A stretch of DNA of 64,000 nt. Origin: the human T2T-CHM13v2.0 reference genome, Homo sapiens. Position numbers and translations under genes: made by a program. The notes beneath the pieces are model-generated. The model saw only the letters and a list, made by a program, of their open reading frames with translations, was not told the DNA's origin and made no database searches. Each line of letters starts with the position of its first letter. Position 1 is the stretch's first letter. Positions 56,410 through 64,000 of this stretch are shown here, piece by piece. The stretch is from the NCBI RefSeq assembly GCF_009914755.1, contig NC_060935.1; one strand, 5' to 3'.

Positions 56410-57290
56410 TTTTTTGGCAGGCAGTTCCCTGTTGAGGTATGGTATGAGGGCTGGGTAGATAAGAATGTTCAGCCACCTACTGGACTCCCCTGACACTACC
56501 CTGGCAAAAGTGGAGCACTGACTCATACCGCCTCACACTGCAGACAGGGGAGGTGGAAGTTCAGCTTCCCCCTTGGTCCTGTGTCATCTTCTTGGTGAAA
56601 GTAGGACACAGTTGCACCACCTGACTTGCATCACCTCATTGCCTTCTAGTGGCGTTATAAGCTTGGTTCCCTGCTGACTGACACCTGGGAAGGGGTGGTG
56701 GGCACCTCAGGGCACCTCTTTGTGCCTGTCACTGCCAGGTGGGGATGGAAACTGAGCTCACTGCTAGATCCTGTGACAGTACCCTACTTAACCTGGTCAA
56801 CCCCACTGGGTAGGGGAATGGGAGTGCTGCTGCCGGCTTCCATGGGAGCGGGGTAGATGATCACCTCCTGTTCAGCCCCACTGAAACCATGGGGGAGGGG
56901 AAGTAACAGTTTTTCTGTTGATGTCTACTGGTATAGGGTGGATGTTGCCAAGATTTCTATTTTGTGAGCTACTTCTTTCTCAGTCTTTGGGCTAGGGGCA
57001 ACAGACTTTACTGGGAGTTTTGTTTTGTTTTGTTTTTTAACTCTGTTCCTGTTAGCAGTTTTGTGTTGGAGGCTTCTGCAGTGTCCTGTCCAGGACATGT
57101 GGGAGGCAATAAGGAAATCCAGGAACTCATTGCTGTGTTGTTTTTTAAGTCCTGAGGTCCTTAAGTGGTCCACCACCTTCTTTCCATCATTCCAAGTCTT
57201 ACTATGCTTGTGGTGTCAATGACTTTTCAGTTGTAAACAGAAGGACCTAGGAGCAATGGGACTACTCTTTCTTGGCCAAAACCAGAAGTC
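56410..57290 (-). mobile_element. Probable ancient L1 5'-region remnant
   Basis: Ends in ...CTTGGCCAAAACCAGAAGTC, resembling reversed L1M 5' ends; subfamily not assignable by eye. Confidence 0.45.
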
Positions 57291-57354
57291 ATGTCCTTTT
57301 TTCAAATGGGGAGGCTAACCCTTTTAATCAATTATCAGTGAAAGCAGCAGCAGC

Positions 57355-57578
57355 ATATATGTAAATAAATATATATATATGTGTGTATATATATGTGTAT
57401 ATATATGTATATATGTGTATATATGTGTATATATGTATATATATGTGTGTATATATGTATATATATGTGTATATATGTATATATATGTGTATATATGTGT
57501 ATATATGTGTGTATATATATATGTATATATATGTGTGTATATATATATGTGTATATATATGTGTGTATATATATATAT
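57355..57578. repeat. Compound (TA)n/(TG)n microsatellite in place of the tail of an AluJ (-) at 57579-57848
   Basis: About 220 nt of almost uninterrupted alternating purine-pyrimidine sequence. Confidence 0.95.
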
Positions 57579-57717
57579 GGGTCTTGCTCCACTGCCCAGG
57601 CTGGAGTGCAGTGGAGCAATCATGGCTTACTGTAGCCTTGAACTCCAGGGCTCAAGCAATCCTCCCACCTCAGCCTCCTGAGTAGCTGGGATTACAGGCA
57701 CGAGCCACCATACCTAA

Positions 57718-57855
<138 letters not shown>

Positions 57856-57981
57856 TGATTTTCAAACTGAATTAGCTTAGGTGTCAACTTTTTTTTCCTC
57901 CAAAGTTCTTGTTAAGGTGTCTACTTAATTTTTATTTTTTATTTATTTATTTATTTTTTGAGACGGAGTCTCCTCTGTTGA

Positions 57982-58140
<159 letters not shown>

Positions 58141-58548
58141 TAGCTAGGCTGGTCTTGAACTGCTGAGCTCAGGCAATCCACCTGCCTCGGCCTCCCAAAG
58201 TGCTGGGATTACAGGTGTGAGCCACCACGCCCGACCTCTTAATTTTTCTTTTTAAAAAAGAGTTTTGAAGACAAAATAAAAAACTTGAACATGATTTCTC
58301 TAGCACACTCCACTAAAAATTAAATCCAGTACTTGTTTTTCCATGCCTGTCTTTCACAGCTAGACTTTGATTCATTGGGAAGCTGGGACTCTATTTCTGT
58401 TTTTCTAGCACTTGAACATGGCCAGCATGTGGTACCTGTTCAGAACATGTTTGTGAAGGGATGGAGTCATTTATGCAGCTCCATCTTCTCTGCCCTTGTA
58501 GTTCCTTTACTCCATCCTCCATCTTAGGGAGTTTTTTTCTCTTGCTAG

Positions 58549-58743
58549 GTATCCTGGATACAGCCATCGTTGATCGGGGGAGGAATGTGGTGTCTGCTTC
58601 TCGAGATGGGACAGCACGACTTTGGGATTGTGGGCGCTCAGCCTGCTTGGGAGTCCTTGCAGATTGTGGTTCTTCTATCAATGGAGTGGCGGTGGGTGCT
58701 GCTGACAACTCCATAAACCTTGGCTCCCCTGAGCAGATGCCCA
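58549..58743 (+). CDS. PAAF1: PAAF1 exon 7 ILDTAIVDRGRNVVSASRDGTARLWDCGRSACLGVLADCGSSINGVAVGAADNSINLGSPEQMP
   Basis: Acceptor ctcttgctag, donor CCA|gtaagt; 195 nt; SRDGTARLWD WD motif. Confidence 0.97.
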
Positions 58744-58994
58744 GTAAGTTGATAATGATATGTAGCATTGTTTTATTTTCTTAGGCCCCCTTCAGTGATT
58801 GCCTTAGTTTCTCCTTTTCTTCCTCATCCTTTTCTGCTCTGTGCCTGGTATTTCTGTTTTCACCATACGATTAATATTTACTCTGTACCTACTATGTTTC
58901 TATTACTTTGGAATCTACAAAGGAAGTATATGTCATAGCACTGCGTTTCAGTAAGTACAATCTAATGTAGAAGATGAGATAAATGCCTATAAAG

Positions 58995-59182
58995 CAGGGG
59001 TGTCCGATCTTTTGGCTTCCCTGGGCCACATTGGAAGACTTGTCTTGGGCCACACATAAAATACACAACATTGATGATAGCTGAGCTAAAAATAAATAAA
59101 TCTCATAATATTTTAAGAAAGTTTATGAATTTGTGTTGGGCCTCATTCAGAGCCACCCTGGGCTGCAGGTTGGACAAGCTTG
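58995..59182 (+). mobile_element. MER30 hAT DNA transposon
   Basis: CAGGGGTGTCCGATCTTTTGGCTTCCCTGGGCCACATTGGAAGA...GGTTGGACAAGCTTG; imperfect 8-bp TSD CTATAAAG / CTTTAAAA. Confidence 0.85.
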
Positions 59183-59877
59183 CTTTAAAACATTTAGAGA
59201 ACAGTAACATTTGGCTGAAATAATTAGTGATTCTTTTTATTTATTTTATTCTTTTAGCGATAGAGTCCTGCTGTTTTGCCCAGGCTGGCATTGAACTCCT
59301 GGGCTCAAGTGATGCTCCCACCACAGCCTCCCTAATAGCTGGGACTACAGGCCTGCACCACCATGCCTGGCAAATTAGCAAGTCCTAATGCAAATATAAT
59401 AGGTTTTCAGAGGGACGGAGTGTTCCCGGTTAGTATAGATAGGAAAGATGTCACAAAAGAAGTTGGCTTGAACCTTTAGAGGATAAGTTGAAGTTGAACA
59501 GACAGTAATTGTAAGGATAGGACAATGGGAGCTAGGGCAAGGGGTAGGTGTAGGGGCAGTTTGCATTATAGCTTGGACGTGAAACTAAGTGTTATATAAA
59601 AAGATATGTTTGACTGGGCTAGAAAGTTGAATTAAGAGGGGTAGTAGTAGGAAATGGGTTGAATAGCTGTGGTGAGAGACTAATAAAGGTCCTAATAAGG
59701 CAACTTTCCTTCTTATTTTCCCATAATAATAGTTGCATCTCTGTTCCATAGGACAATGTTTTTTCTACTGTTGTCTTAGCCCCTCACATTTTAAAAAATA
59801 GCCCTTATTTTTTAGGGCCATTTTAGGCTCACAGCAAAATTTAGCAGAAAGTACAGGGGACCAGGTGCAGTGGCTCA

Positions 59878-60174
<297 letters not shown>

Positions 60175-60495
60175 TTATATACCTTTTGCCTTACCCACTC
60201 ACACATAGCCCTCCTCACTATCAATATCCCCCACCAGAGTGGTACATTTATTACAGCTGATGAACCTACGTGACACATTATTGTCACCCAAAGTTCAGAG
60301 TTTACATTAGGGCTTACTCTTGGTGTTATATATCCTATAGGGTCTGACAAGTGTACAGTGACATGTATTTACCATTGCAGTATCATACATAGTAGTTTCT
60401 TAGCCCTAATAATCCTCTGTACTCTGTTCAAGCAGTTCTCCTGCCTCTCACCCTCTCGAGTAGCTAGGACTCTAGGCATGCACCACTACACCTAG

Positions 60496-60633
<138 letters not shown>

Positions 60634-61099
60634 TAAAGTAATTTAAATGAGAATATTTTTTCTTGTTTTCTGTAATTTTTCATTTCCCATTTACTCTTCA
60701 ACCCATTCTAGGATGGTTTGTGCCCAAGTACTTGACTGAAATGGCTGTTGTTAAAGTCACCAGTGACCTTCCTTTTTTTTTTTTTTTTTTTGAGATGGAG
60801 TCTCACTCTGTTGCCCAGGCTGGAGTGCAGTGGTGCGATCTCTTGGCTCACTGCAGCCTCCACCTCCCAGGTTCAAGTGTTCGAGTGATTCTTGTGCCTC
60901 AGCCTCCCGAGTAGCTGGGATTACGGGTGCCCACCACCATGCCTGGCTAATTTTTGTATTTGTAGTACAGATGAGGTTTCACCATGTTGGCCAGGCTGGT
61001 CATGAACTTCTGGCCTCAAGTGATCCACCCTCCTAAGCCTCCCAAAGTGCTGGGCTTACAGGTGTGAGCTATGGGCCCCAGCCACCAGTGACCTTCTTC

Positions 61100-62930
<1,831 letters not shown>

Positions 62931-63562
62931 CATTTTCTCTAGGCTGTAAGATCTTTGAGGTCAGAGACTGTTTTTTGCAGTATTGTATCCCAACTCCTAG
63001 TGTGGTGTCTTATCATGGTACAAACAACTTAATATTTTAAAAGTTGGGCTTATTGCCAGCCATGGTGTGCACACCTGTAGTCCCAGCTACTCAGGAGGCT
63101 GAGGTGGGAGGATTGCTTGCACCCAGGGATTCAAGACTGTGGGGTGCTATGTTTGTGCTTGTGAATGGCCCCTGCACTCCAGCCTGGACAACATACTAGA
63201 CTCTGTCTCAAAAAAAAGTACACACACACACAGGCACATTTTAAAAATAAATTTGGATTTACTGAGGTATCTTTTACATATGGTAAAAGTCACCCTTTTC
63301 CTTGGCTACTGGATACCATTAAAAAACATTTTTAAAATGTAAAAGTAAAGTCAGTATTTTTAATTGTATAGTTCTGTGAGTTTTGACAAATATATCCAGT
63401 TGTATAAATAATACCACAGTGAGATACAGAACATAATAAATGTTTTCTTTGTAATAAGTGAATCGCTAACAAAATCAGTAATCAACCATCAGTATTGGTG
63501 CTGTGTGGGCACTACCAGCTGATCAGCCTCACTGTTATTAACATAGTTTATTTGTCATGCAG

Positions 63563-63654
63563 GTGAACGGGAGGTTGGAACAGAGGCCAAAATGCTGCTC
63601 TTGGCCCGGGAAGATAAGAAACTTCAGTGCTTGGGACTACAGAGCAGGCAGCTG
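63563..63654 (+). CDS. PAAF1: PAAF1 exon 8 (S)EREVGTEAKMLLLAREDKKLQCLGLQSRQL; gene continues beyond the window
   Basis: Acceptor tgtcatgcag; 92 nt; ends at a non-canonical donor CTG|gcaagt. Confidence 0.9.
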
Positions 63655-64000
63655 GCAAGTGGTTCCTATATGACCTTTGAACTCTGAGGCAACCTGGGTC
63701 ACTCTGTGTCTTAGAAAGCTATTTTGGAAACATTTCTACTTGCTCCCTGTGTTCACTTTTGAGAAGGCTGCGTGAGTAAGAGGCAGTACAGTGTAATGAT
63801 TAAGAGTTGTGGGATTTGGAATAAGGGCAACATTTAAATCCCAGTTCTTTTTTTTTTTTTTTTTTGGAGACAGAGTCTCACTCTGTCGCCCAGGTTGGAT
63901 GGAGTGCAGTGGCGCAATCTCGGTTCAGCTCACTGCAACCTCCACCTCCTAGGTTCAAGTGATTCTCCTGCATCAGCCTCCTGAGTAGCTGGGATTACAA

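Noticed and set aside
57324-57685. Tyr/Ile/Val/Cys-rich ORFs
   Set aside because: Microsatellite translations.
58391-58768. 125-aa minus-strand ORF
   Set aside because: Antisense shadow of PAAF1 exon 7.
63056-63218. 7SL-like sequence as a possible SRP RNA gene
   Set aside because: Lacks the S domain and has an A tail; a FAM/FLAM-type Alu monomer.

Overview
Human (hominid) genomic DNA, identified by AluYa5 and SVA elements and by exon translations I recognise as the MRPL48-COA4-PAAF1 locus (11q13.4 from memory). It holds: (1) the last three coding exons and poly(A) signal of MRPL48 (+); (2) the whole COA4 gene (-; non-coding exon 1, single coding exon, twin CX9C protein); (3) coding exons 1-8 of PAAF1 (+; WD40 proteasome base chaperone), driven head-to-head with COA4 from one CpG-island promoter. 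The ORF track misses a frameshifted processed pseudogene of MIX23/CCDC58 at the left edge, antisense in an MRPL48 intron. The rest is mostly retroelement: dozens of Alus, two inverted human-specific AluYa5 copies bracketing PAAF1 exons 3-6, a full-length antisense SVA in PAAF1 intron 4, L1/L2/MIR pieces, an MST LTR and MER DNA transposons. Almost all ORF-track entries are Alu, SVA or microsatellite artefacts. I see no new multi-gene system. The best hypotheses are a 444-nt stop-less PAAF1 exon 3-6 circle bracketed by the AluYa5 pair, a GC-AG intron, the SVA's short 3' transduction, a 62-bp templated duplication, an unidentified 3'UTR retrocopy and a perfect ARE in PAAF1 intron 6.
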